From positions 96,001 to 160,000 of the forward strand of contig CAVWCX010000001.1 in the NCBI GenBank assembly GCA_963753595.1: a stretch of 64,000 nucleotides of DNA, written 5' to 3'. This DNA is from Candidatus Methanoperedenaceae archaeon. Its GTDB lineage: Archaea; Halobacteriota; Methanosarcinia; Methanosarcinales; Methanoperedenaceae. The notes below the pieces were generated by a model. That model saw only the letters and a list, made by a program, of their open reading frames with translations, was not told where the DNA came from and ran no database searches. Shown one piece after another: positions 39,147 through 51,720 of the stretch (positions are counted from its first letter, which is position 1; each line of letters starts with the position of its first letter). The translations under genes were made by a program, and so were the position numbers.

Positions 39147-42100
39147 ATGAATAAGAATTTATATCTGATAGCAGTTTTGGTTTTAGCAATAACCACTATT
39201 AGTCAGACTGTTTCTTTCATTGTTGGCGACCATCAATTTTATCAGTCAGTCCAGGATAAATGCATAAAATGTCATGGAGATATCAAGGCACAGCTCTCAA
39301 CATCAGATCAGCATTCAAATTTCTCCTGTGTTAGCTGCCATGTCAGATCTGCAACTAACCATACTAATAAACAACCAGACTGTAGTTACTGCCATGCTAC
39401 ATCGCGTATGAACGATACCTTAGAAGCCCACCCGGATTTTTCACCTATGGGTTCCGAGGGATGCGTAGCCTGCCATTCAACTTATAACGCTATTTTAAAC
39501 TATTCCCGGCCAGAGTATATCGACTATACAATTAAAAATAATAATGGAAACTGGATAGTCTCTGATTTCAAAACTGTAGGAACATTAAATCTATCATATA
39601 ATGCTATGAGACGGGGGGGAGGCATAATATAAAAAATGTTTCATGTAAAGATTGCCATAAAGATATTTTTGATGCTGTTTCATTAGGAGGTCATGCCGTA
39701 GTTCTTGCCAAAAATGGAACTCAAGTGGCCTACCACAATAATTCAAACTCCACCCCTGAAGAATGGTGCAGGACATGTCATAACAATAACGATGCCAAGT
39801 TCCAGACCCAACAACATTCAGTACGAAAAACAACTTGCGACCAATGCCATGAAGTCTATAATAATTCAACAACACATCCGGGTGATTTTTTTTCGAATAT
39901 AAAGACTGTGCCTCGTTTGTACCAAAGCCTTGTGTGCATATCATGTAAATCCGCGGGCTGGCCAGCACCTGGTGGCGCAATAATATTCAATGTTCGTGAA
40001 GAACCTTATTATGACGTTTCATTCCAGATAATTTCACCTTTGAATATAACCGATTCTTCACCTGCAAGCGACCCAACCACACCCGCAGGTGTATCTCAAA
40101 TGTTTTCTGCAACACTCAACAGGTTTGCAGATATCACCTGGTATAATGAGGGGTCTGAGGTTTTCATGGTTTTGGATGTGATCTCGGCAAGTTATACAGA
40201 TTCTAAAAGAATTCCCGGGGTTTATAATATAACAGCAGTTGCCAGTGACAGTTATAATTCAGCAACCAGATCATGGACCTGGAATGTCACTAACGGCACT
40301 GGAGGCGGAATTGGAGGCGGCGGTGGAAGCAGCGGCAGTGGTGGCAGCGGAGGAGGTATAGGAAGTGGTACTTCTAACAATATAAGTGGATATGTATTCG
40401 ATAATTTTGGTTCACCACTATCAGGCGTACTTGTTCAAAATGGGAGCTATCAGAATATTACCCTGGAGTCAGGCTTTTATTCGATAACAAATATTTCCAA
40501 TGGAGAATACAACTTCACATATTCTAAAGCCGGATTTGAACCTGATTATTTTATATTTACACTTGGCGGCATTACTATGGTAAATATGAATAAGACTCTT
40601 TATGACATAACACCCCCGAATTCAGTTTCCGATCCGAATTCAACAACCGGCAACTTCTTCATAAACAATACATGGATCAATCCATCAGATATTGATTTCA
40701 AGAGCACGTCGTTCAGATATACTAATGGAAGTACACTGCAGAGCTTAAACAACTCCACTAATTATCTAAATCTCACTTTTTCACCACATTATGTCCAGAA
40801 TATTTCGGCTCAGACGGTAGATAATTTCGGGAACACGAACGAGACACTGGTATGGTTCAATGTTACTATACCAAATAACGTTCCAATACAGTCACAGATT
40901 GGAAATATAACCGGTAATGAAGGGCAATTTCTGGATCTCGCAGTATTAGCAACGGATGCTGATAATGATACCATAACTTATGGAACCAGCGCATCAAAAG
41001 GAACTTTAAATACAACTACCGGGCAATTCTTCTGGACACCGGATTATGGGGATGCAGGAACTTATGCCTGGAATTTCAATTCCGCTGATGGTTATGGTGG
41101 TGTGGTAAGTGAAAATATTACTGTGGCCATTAACAATATCCCGCTCACAATCACAAATTCATCTCCAGTTGGTGATCCCAGCACAACAGCAGGAACACCA
41201 CAAATGTTTGAAGTAACTCTCAATCGAACTGCAGATATAATCTGGTATAATAATGGGTCAGAGGTATTCAGAGCCTCAGGAGTATTATCTGCAAATTATA
41301 TTAAATCAACAGCAGGTATTGGGGTATATGATATAACTGTTAATACGAATGACGGACACGATTCAGTTTCACGGAATTGGAGCTGGAATGTTACGAATGG
41401 AAGCGTGGGAAGTGGCGGTGTAGATGGCGGGGGGGGCAGCGGTGGAAGCAGCAATAGCATAAGTGGATATGTATTCGATAATTTTGGTTCACCATTATCT
41501 GGCGTGCTGGTTGCGAATGGCAGTTATCAGAGTATTACATCTCCTTCTGGTTACTATTCAATAACTAATTTATCTAATGGAACCTATAATTTCAGCTATT
41601 ATAAAGCAGGATTTATTACCGATTATTTTGAATTTTCATTTAACGGCGCAGTTATCATAAATGCGAACAAAACACTATATGATGATACGCCGCCTGGCCA
41701 GATATCTAATCTGAATATAACAACAGGTAACTTCTATATCAATAATTCATGGATTAATCCACAAGATGCTGATTTCAGCTACACCTTGTTCAGTTATATC
41801 AATGAAACCACACTTCAAAATGTAAGTAAACCTGTTAACTACCTGAACCTCACCTGGTCGCCACACTACACTCAGAATATAAGCTCACAGACTGTGGACA
41901 TATATAGTAATATCAATCAGGCAAAGGTGTGGTTCAACGCTACCATACCCAATAATGTTCCGGTACAATCGCAGATTGGAGATAAGGTAGTTTATGAAAA
42001 TGAATCTTTGCAGTTAAATGTCACAGCTACGGATTCAGATTCTGATTTAATCACTTATGGAACAAATGCAACAAAAGGAAGCTTTAATACTTCAACTGGT

Positions 42101-45100
42101 AATTTCTCATGGACTCCCGGCTTTGGAGATGCAGGAACTTATGCCTGGTTCTTTAACTCAAGTGATGGTTACGGTGGAGTTGCAGTCGAGAACATAACAA
42201 TATCTGTTAACGATACGCCATTATCGATTATCTCCTTCTCCCCGTTGACAGACCCGGCAACAGAGCAGGGTTTGACACAAAACTTCAGCATGAATATGAA
42301 CAGAACAGCCAACGTGACATGGTACATGGATGGTACCCCGGTTCAGACAGATATTAGTGTCATTTTGGCGAACTACACCAATTCCACGGCTGGCATAGGT
42401 ACATACAATATTACTGCAACAGCCAGCGATATTTATGATACTGCTACAACATCCTGGAACTGGACCGTAACTGCCCAATCCATGTATAATGTCAGCGGTT
42501 ATGTGTTTGACAACTATGGCTCAGGATTGGAAGGAGTTCTTGTGCAGAATGGAAGCAACCAGAATACAACGATAGCCTCCGGGTACTACTTGATAAGTAG
42601 TCTGGTAAACAGCACCTACAACTTCAGCTACTCTAAGGACGGATTCAACACTGGCTATCTGGAAGTTACGATCAATGGTTCGTATAATACAAGTGCCAAC
42701 AATACAATATATGACACGATACCGCCCTCTTCGATATCCAGCACAATTATAACAACCGGCAATTTCTACCTGAATAACACATGGATTAATCCAGCAGAAC
42801 CTGATTTCAATTATTCCTGGTTCAGGTACAGCAACAATACCACACTGACCAATGTCAGTAAGAATGCCAGTTATCTGAATCTCACCTGGCCGCCGCACTA
42901 CTCCCAGAACCTCAGCGTCCAGACAGTTGATGTTTATGGTAACACTAACCAAACGAAAGTCTGGTTCAATGCCACTATTCCCAATAATGCACCTGTTCAG
43001 TCACAGATCGGAAATAAGACCTTCGATGAAGGGCAATGGTTGAACTTCACAGTTAACGCCACCGACCTGGATAATGATGTATTGGTTTATGGCACCAACG
43101 CAACGAACGGTACGTTCAATACCACGACAGGTAACTTCTCATGGCAGACAACCTTTGCAGATTCAGGAATCTATGTGTGGAACTTCAACTCAAGCGACGA
43201 TTACGGTGGAGTTGCCGTCGAGACTATAACAATAACTGTGAACAATACCCCGCTTTCCTTCACTTCATTCTCCCCACTGACCGATCCGACAACGGAACTG
43301 GGCTTGTCACAAAACTTCAACGTAACACTGAACAGAACAGCCAACGTGACATGGTACATGGATGGTATCCCTATCCAGACCAATACAAGTATCACCTTTG
43401 CCAACTACACCAATTCCACAGCTGGCATAGGAACATACAATGTTACTGCGACGGCCAGCGATATTTATGATACTGCTACAACATCCTGGAACTGGACCGT
43501 AACCGCCCAATCCATGTATAATGTCGATGGCTATGTGTTTGACAACTATGGCTCAGGATTGGGAGGAGTTCTGGTACAGAACGGGAGCAATCAGAATACA
43601 ACGATAGCCTCAGGGTACTACCTGATAAGTAGTCTGGCAAACGGTACTTACAACTTCAGCTACTCCAGGACCGGATTCAACACAGACTACCTGGAAGTTA
43701 CAATAAACGGTGCAGATAATACAAGCTCGAATAAGACATTATATGATACCACTCTACCAGCCTCTGTATCTGATTCTATTATGTTGACCGGCAACTTCTA
43801 TGTAAACAATACATGGATTAATCCACAGGATGCAGACTTCAATCATACATGGTTCAGGTACAGCAACGATAACACACTTACGAATGTCAGTAATACATCC
43901 AGCGACCTCAACATCACCTGGCCGCCGCACTACACCCAGAACCTCAGTGCCCAGACTATTGATGTTTATGGTAACACAAACCAGACGAAAGTCTGGTTCA
44001 ACACCACTATACCCAATAACGCTCCAGTCCAGGCAGCGATTGGTAACAAAACACTAACATCAGGCCAGCTTTTAACCTTCATTGTTTCAGCTACCGATGC
44101 GGATAATGACACAATTACCTTCGGCATGAATGCAACGAATGGCAGCCTGAACACCACAACCGGAAATTATTTCTGGCAGACCAATAGCACTGACGTTGGA
44201 ACTTATGTCTGGAACTTCAATAGCAGCGATAATTATGGCGGAGTTGCGAATGAAACCATCACCATTACCGTAACTGAAATCCCGACATATCTACCTCCAT
44301 CTCCTGTTAACCTCATCGCGACCCAGGGCAACTTCTGGATAAACCATAGCTGGGAAGCAGGATTGGGTAATGACACGAACAGCTACAACGTAAGCGTGAA
44401 CGATATCTGGACGAACGGAACGACAGCTACTTTCAACAACACCACAGTTCCAGCCCATGGGTGGAGTAACATTTCAGTCTATGCCTACAATTCCTCAGGC
44501 ACAGGAACACTGAACACGACCCCTGTATCCAATAACACCCAGCTTTCCAATAATTTAGTGACTATCGGGAATATCTCTTCCAGTTATACAGTCACATCCG
44601 GTGACACGATTTCGATTTATCCGACCTCAAGCGACCTGGACGGTGACGTTCCAACATTTGCCCGGAACTTCAGTAACGGAACATTCTCCCCCAATAATGG
44701 AACTCTGGTCTGGACGACAGCAAGCATCGATATCGGCCTCCATTCCCTGCAAATCAACGTCACCGACGGTTATGGTTCCGTATCCTCCTCGAATTTCACA
44801 ATAACCGTGACCGCCCCAATACCCTTTAATTACACTCCTCCATCCCCTGTCAACCTCATCGTGACCCAGGGCAACTTCTGGATAAACCACAGCTGGGAAG
44901 CAGGATTGGGCAATGACACGAACAGCTACAACGTAAGCGTTAACGACCTCTGGACAAACGGAAGTACGAACACTTACAATAACAGTACAGTTCCAGCCCA
45001 TGGCTGGAGCAACATTTCAGTCTATGCCTACAATTCCTCAGGCACAGGAACCCTGAACACTACCCCGATCACCAATAACACCCAGCTTTCCAATAATTTA

Positions 45101-48100
45101 GTGACTATCGGCAATATCTCTTCCAGTTATACAGTCACAGCTGGAGACATAATCTCGATATATCCGACCTCAAGCGATCTGGACAATGACGTTCCAACAT
45201 TTGCCCGGAACTTCAGTAATGGTACATTCTACCCTGATAATGGAACCCTGATCTGGACGACAGCGAGCATCGATACAGGCCTCCATTCCCTTCAAATCAA
45301 CGTCACCGACGGTTATGGTTCCGTATCCTCCTCGAATTTCACAATAACCGTGACCACCCCAATACCCTTTAATTACACTCCTCCATCCCCTGTTAACCTC
45401 ATCGCGACCCAGGGCAACTTCTGGATAAACCACAGCTGGGAAGCAGGATTGGGCAATGACACGAACAGTTACAACGTAAGCGTTAATGACCTCTGGACAA
45501 ACGGAAGTACGAACACTTACAACAACACCACAGTTCCAGCCCATGGGTGGAGCAACATTTCAGTCTATGCCTACAATTCCTCCGGTTCAGGAACACTGAA
45601 CACGACCCCTGTATCCAATAACACCCAGCTTTCCAATAATTTAGTGACTATCGGGAATATCTCTTCCAGCTATACAGTCACAGCCGGTGACACGATCTCG
45701 ATCTATCCGACATCTCTCGACCTGGACGGAGACATTCCAACATTTGCCCGGAACTTCAGTAACGGAACATTCTCCCCCAATAATGGAACTCTGGTCTGGA
45801 CGACAGCAAGCATCGATATCGGCCTCCATTCCCTGCAAATCAACGTCACCGACGGGTTTGGTTCCGAATCCTCAACGAATTTCACAATAACCGTGACCGC
45901 CCCAATACCCTTTAATTACACTCCTCCATCTCCTGTTAACCTCATCTCGACCCAGGGCAACTTCTGGATAAACCATAGCTGGGAAGCAGGATTGGGTAAT
46001 GACACGAACAGCTACAACGTAAGCGTTAACGACCTCTGGACAAACGGAAGTACGAACACTTACAATAACAGTACAGTTCCAGCCCATGGCTGGAGCAACA
46101 TTTCAGTCTATGCCTACAATTCCTCAGGCACAGGAACCCTGAACACTACCCCGATCACCAATAACACCCAGCTTTCCAATAATTTAGTGACTATCGGCAA
46201 TATCTCTTCCAGTTATACAGTCACAGCTGGAGACATAATCTCGATATATCCGACCTCAAGCGACCTGGACGGTGACGTTCCAACATTTGCCCGGAACTTC
46301 AGTAACGGTACATTCTCCCCCAATAATGGAACCCTCTTCTGGACAACTGAAAGCATCGATACAGGCCTCCATTCCCTTCAAATCAACGTCACCGACGGGT
46401 TTGGTTCCGTATCCTCCTCGAATTTCACAATAACCGTGACCACCCCAATACCCTTTAATTACACTCCTCCATCTCCTGTTAGCCTTTCAACCACGCAGGG
46501 CAACTTCTGGATAAACCACAGCTGGGAAGTAGGATTGGGCAATGACACGAACAGCTACAACGTAAGCGTTAATGACCTCTGGACAAACGGAAGTACGAAC
46601 ACTTACAATAACAGTACAGTTCCAGCCCATGGCTGGAGCAACATTTCAGTCTATGCCTACAATTCCTCAGGCACAGGAACCCTGAACACTACCCCTGTAT
46701 CCAATAACACCCAGCTTTCCAATAATTTAGTAACGATCGGCAATATCTCTTCCAGCTATACAGTCACAGCAGGTGACACTATCTCCATCTATCCGACCTC
46801 AAGCGACCTGGACAATGACCTTCCAACCTTTGCCCGGAACTACAGTAATGGTACATTCTACCCCGATAATGGAACCCTTGTCTGGACAACAGAAAGCATC
46901 GATACAGGCCTCCATTCCCTTCAAATCAACGTCACCGACGGGTTTGGTTCCGTATCCTCCTCGAATTTCACAATAACCGTAACCGCCTCATTACCCCTTA
47001 ATTACACGCCTCCATCTCCTGTTAGCCTTTCAACCACGCAGGGCAACTTCTGGATAAACCACAGCTGGGAAGCAGGATTGGGCAATGACACGAACAGCTA
47101 CAACGTAAGCGTTAACGGCAGCTGGACGAATGGAACGACAGCCACTTACAACAACACCACAGTTCCAGCCCATGGCTGGAGTAACATTTCGGTATATTCA
47201 TACAACAGTTCAGGTACAGGAACCCTGAACACGACCCCGATCACCAATAACACCCAGCTTTCCAATAATTTAGTAACGATCGGCAATATCTCTTCCAGTT
47301 ATACAGTCACAGCCGGCGACACGATCTCCATCTATCCGACATCCCTCGACCTGGACAATGACGTTCCAACCTTTGCCCGGAACTTCAGTAATGGTACATT
47401 CTACCCCGATAACGGAACCTTCATCTGGACAACAGACAGCATCGATACAGGCCTCCATTCCCTGCAAATCAACGTCACCGATGGCTATGGTTCCGTATCC
47501 TCCTCGAATTTCACAATAACCGTGACCACCACAATACCCCTGAATTACACTCCTCCATCCCCCGTTAACCTCATCGCGACCCAGGGCAACTTCTGGATAA
47601 ACCACAGCTGGGAAGCAGGATTGGGCAATGACACGAACAGCTACAACGTAAGCGTTAATGACCTCTGGACAAACGGAAGTACGAACACTTACAACAACAG
47701 TACAGTTCCAGCCCATGGCTGGAGCAACATTTCAGTCTATGCCTACAATTCCTCAGGCACAGGAACCCTGAACACGACCCCTGTATCCAATAACACCCAG
47801 CTTTCCAATAATTTAGTGACTATCGGCAATATCTCTTCCAGTTATACAGTCACAGCTGGAGACATAATCTCCATCTATCCGACCTCAAGCGACCTGGACG
47901 GTGACGTTCCAACCTTTGCCCGGAACTTCAGTAATGGTACATTCTACCCTGATAATGGAACCCTGATCTGGACGACAGCGAGCATCGATACAGGCCTCCA
48001 TTCCCTGCAAATCAACGTCACCGATGGCTATGGTTCCGTATCCTCCTCGAATTTCACAATAACCGTATCCGCCGCATTACCCCTGAATTACACGCCTCCA

Positions 48101-50656
48101 TCCCCTGTTAACCTCATCGCGACCCAGGGCAACTTCTGGATAAACCACAGCTGGGAAGCAGGATTGGGCAATGACACGAACAGCTACAACGTAAGCGTTA
48201 ATGACCTCTGGACAAACGGAAGTACGAACACTTACAATAACAGTACAGTTCCAGCCCATGGCTGGAGCAACATTTCAGTCTATGCCTACAATTCCTCAGG
48301 TACAGGAACACTGAACACGACCCCGGTTACCAATAACACCCAGCTTTCCAATAATTTAGTGACTATCGGGAATATCTCTTCCAGTTATACAGTCACAGCT
48401 GGAGACATAATCTCGATATATCCGACCTCAAGCGATCTGGACAATGACGTTCCAACATTTGCCCGGAACTTCAGTAATGGTACATTCTACCCTGATAATG
48501 GAACCCTGATCTGGACGACAGCGAGCATCGATACAGGCCTCCATTCCCTTCAAATCAACGTCATTGACGGATTTGGTTCCGTATCCTCCTCGAATTTCAC
48601 AATAACCGTGACCGCCCCAATACCCTTTAATTACACGCCTCCATCCCCTGTTAACCTCATCGCGACCCAGGGCAACTTCTGGATAAACCACAGCTGGGAA
48701 GCAGGATTGGGCAATGACACGAACAGCTACAACGTAAGCGTTAATGACCTCTGGACAAACGGAAGTACGAACACTTACAATAACAGTACAGTTCCAGCCC
48801 ATGGCTGGAGCAACATTTCAGTCTATGCCTACAATTCCTCAGGCACAGGAACCCTGAACACGACCCCTGTATCCAATAACACCCAGCTTTCCAATAATTT
48901 AGTGACTATCGGGAATATCTCTTCCAGTTATACAGTCACAGCAGGTGACACTATCTCCATCTATCCGACCTCAAGCGACCTGGACAATGACCTTCCAACC
49001 TTTGCCCGGAACTACAGTAATGGTACATTCTACCCTGATAATGGAACCCTTGTCTGGACGACAGCAAGCATCGATACAGGCCTCCATTCCCTGCAAATCA
49101 ACGTCATTGACGGATTTGGTTCCGTATCCTCCTCGAATTTCACAATAACCGTGACCGCCCCAATACCCCTTAATTACACGCCTCCATCCCCTGTTAACCT
49201 CATCGCGACCCAGGGCAACTTCTGGATAAACCACAGCTGGGAAGCAGGATTGGGTAATGACACGAACAGCTACAACGTAAGCGTTAACGACCTCTGGACG
49301 AACGGAAGTACAAACACTTACAATAACAGTACAGTTCCAGCCCATGGCTGGAGTAACATTTCGGTATATTCATACAACAGTTCAGGTACAGGAACCCTGA
49401 ACACGACCCCGATCACCAATAACACCCAGCTTTCCAATAATTTAGTAACGATCGGCAATATCTCTTCCAGTTATACAGTCACAGCCGGCGACACGATCTC
49501 CATCTATCCGACATCCCTCGACCTGGACAATGACGTTCCAACCTTTGCCCGGAACTTCAGTAATGGTACATTCTACCCTGATAATGGAACCCTTGTCTGG
49601 ACGACAGCAAGCATCGATATCGGCCTCCATTCCCTGCAAATCAACGTCACCGACGGCTATGGTTCAGTATCCTCATCAAATTTCACAATAACAGTCAAAT
49701 CATTGCCATCTTATAATGCAAGCGGCTATGTGTTCGATAATTTCGGCGCAGGATTGGAAGGTGTCCTGGTCCAGAATGGCAGCAACCAGAGTATAACATC
49801 AGCATCAGGATATTATTCCATAACAAATCTGCCAAATGGTACTTACAACTTCAGCTATTCAAAAGCTGGATTTAATACGGACTATTTAGATATCACAATC
49901 AGCGGTGCTAATAATACCACGGCGAATAAGACACTCTATGATACAACACCGCCAGCCAGTGTTTTCAATATTGCCAACACTTCAAATCCAATGTATATCA
50001 ACTGGACATGGTCAGATCCGTCAGACCCTGATCTTGATCATGTAGAAGTGTATATTGACGGCGCGTTCATGATCAATGTGTCCAGAGAAGTGCAATTCTA
50101 CAATGCAAGTTACTTTGCTCCTAATTCAACCCACATAATATCAACACGAACTTCTGATAATTTCAGTAATGTGAATACTACCTGGGTCAATAATACAGCA
50201 ACTACTCACTCCGAATATACCTATGTATCCAGTTTCATGAATGAAACGGGCATAGTATCAGGCTTTGACGATGCCCGGAATGCAAGTGATGGACTGGTTG
50301 CAATCTTTGCAGAGGTTAATGTGGGTGGATTGTACCAGCTCAATGTTACCACAAATACCACTGGAATACCTGACGCCAGCATCCACACATTGGAGCTGAG
50401 ATACAATGTTTCCGGAGACAACTTCACAATGCAGATATGGAACGGGTCATCATGGAACAACAGGTCAATTTTGAACGATACTTCAATGTCTTACATCAAC
50501 ATTACTATACTCCCCGAAGAATTGATTTCCGACGGAACACTGCCGGGTAATGCAGGAACTATTAATAAGTACTATTCACTTGTTCGTTATCTGGATTTGA
50601 ATGCAAGCGCGCAGAGCATGCTGTATCTTGACTATCAGAGGATTTACAATGTATAA
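39147..50656 (+). CDS. giant cytochrome-adhesin fusion (~3,836 aa if repaired): 7 CxxCH + CxxCK head followed by ~35-40 Ig/FN3/cadherin-like domains; frameshift in G7 run at 39613-39619
   Basis: ORFs 39147-39632 and 39725-50656 join with one extra G and then align colinearly with 38209 (HNIKNVSCKDCHKDIFDAVS lies in the downstream frame). Confidence 0.85.
40030..44280 (+). repeat. four intragenic ~1.03-1.08-kb repeat units (Ig-like, carboxypeptidase-regulatory-like, FN3-like, cadherin-like)
   Basis: SGYVFDN.G..L.GVLV.NGS recurs in each unit; units 3 and 4 are similar at DNA level with a period of 1032 nt (42299 vs 43331). Boundaries approximate. Confidence 0.8.
44294..49695 (+). repeat. ten tandem near-identical 543-nt (181-aa) intragenic repeats
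   Basis: Units start at 44294, 44837, 45380, 45923, 46466, 47009, 47552, 48095, 48638 and 49181 (PPSPV.L..TQGNFWINHSWE). Confidence 0.95.
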
Positions 50657-50811
50657 AATGAGGAATTCAGTTATCATTGAGCAATTTATTTATAATATGA
50701 GAAGCAAATATTTATATACTAATGATTCAGCCTTAAAAGGATCTCTTGTGCAAAATGGCAGTAAACCGAACACCTCAATAGCATTTAAAAAACCATATGA
50801 GGTGATAAAAA

Positions 50812-51693
50812 ATGAAAGATAAAATCGCAGTATTCAGTGCTATACTTCTGGGCGTAGTGGTGGGATTATTTGCAACGTTATCACTGATAATAGATGTTTT
50901 CTTTCTCGATAATATCTTAGGAACATTAATAGATCTTATCATAATGGTATTCTCTTACATGACGGCATGGATAGGGGTAAGGCACGTCCTGATGCAGAAA
51001 CTCGCGAATGATAAAATGGATAAGGAATGGGATTATAAAATTCAGCCACTCATGAATATGCTCACTGATACGGTTGGCAGGATCAATGCTATGGAAACCC
51101 AGGTAATGCAGACCAATCGCAGGGTGGACACCACTCTTGATTATGTAACTAAGATGCAGGATATGGATGCTTCAAAAGTATATATTTTCCCGGGCGCGTC
51201 TTTTAAATTCATAGCAAAAGTTCTTGTAGTGACAGTCTTTACATTCTCTTCATTAGTTTATGTGGCCGAATATCCGCTGGGTATTGTTCATTATTTCATT
51301 TTGATCATTTACCTGATATGGTGGGCATTATTCACTTCAGAATATAAACTTTTCAATAACAAGATGGCTTGGTTATGGGCGCTTGCTCCAATAATGACCG
51401 TTCCAGTCGGGGGAATTATCCTTGACGCAGCATGGGGACCAAATATCATGATGGGTATTTTGTTCGGTTTATTATTCTTCTATGTCTATTTTTATTATTC
51501 CTGGGCTGCCTATGTTACTGTAGGGTTCAAATTGTTAGACTTGAAAGGATTAAGGGATTATCTTATCAAGAATATGGACACGTATGTTGAAAAGGAGAAA
51601 ACTGAGCGCAAGATTAACAGGAAATGGATCGATGTGGCAATTCTTGCCAGTATAGTAATTGCGGGAGCAATTGCGGTATGGGTTTTTATTTAA
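50812..51693 (+). CDS. integral membrane protein, paralog of 19867
   Basis: TLIDLIIMVFS; WWALFTSEYKLF; about 7 TM segments. Confidence 0.8.
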   Translation: MKDKIAVFSAILLGVVVGLFATLSLIIDVFFLDNILGTLIDLIIMVFSYMTAWIGVRHVLMQKLANDKMDKEWDYKIQPLMNMLTDTVGRINAMETQVMQTNRRVDTTLDYVTKMQDMDASKVYIFPGASFKFIAKVLVVTVFTFSSLVYVAEYPLGIVHYFILIIYLIWWALFTSEYKLFNNKMAWLWALAPIMTVPVGGIILDAAWGPNIMMGILFGLLFFYVYFYYSWAAYVTVGFKLLDLKGLRDYLIKNMDTYVEKEKTERKINRKWIDVAILASIVIAGAIAVWVFI

Positions 51694-51720
51694 ACACAAA
51701 AATTGATACGAACATATAAA

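Noticed and set aside
44294-49695. Long regular repeats as a possible CRISPR array or mobile element
   Set aside because: Units are 543 nt, in frame, with no unique spacers; they are coding domain repeats.
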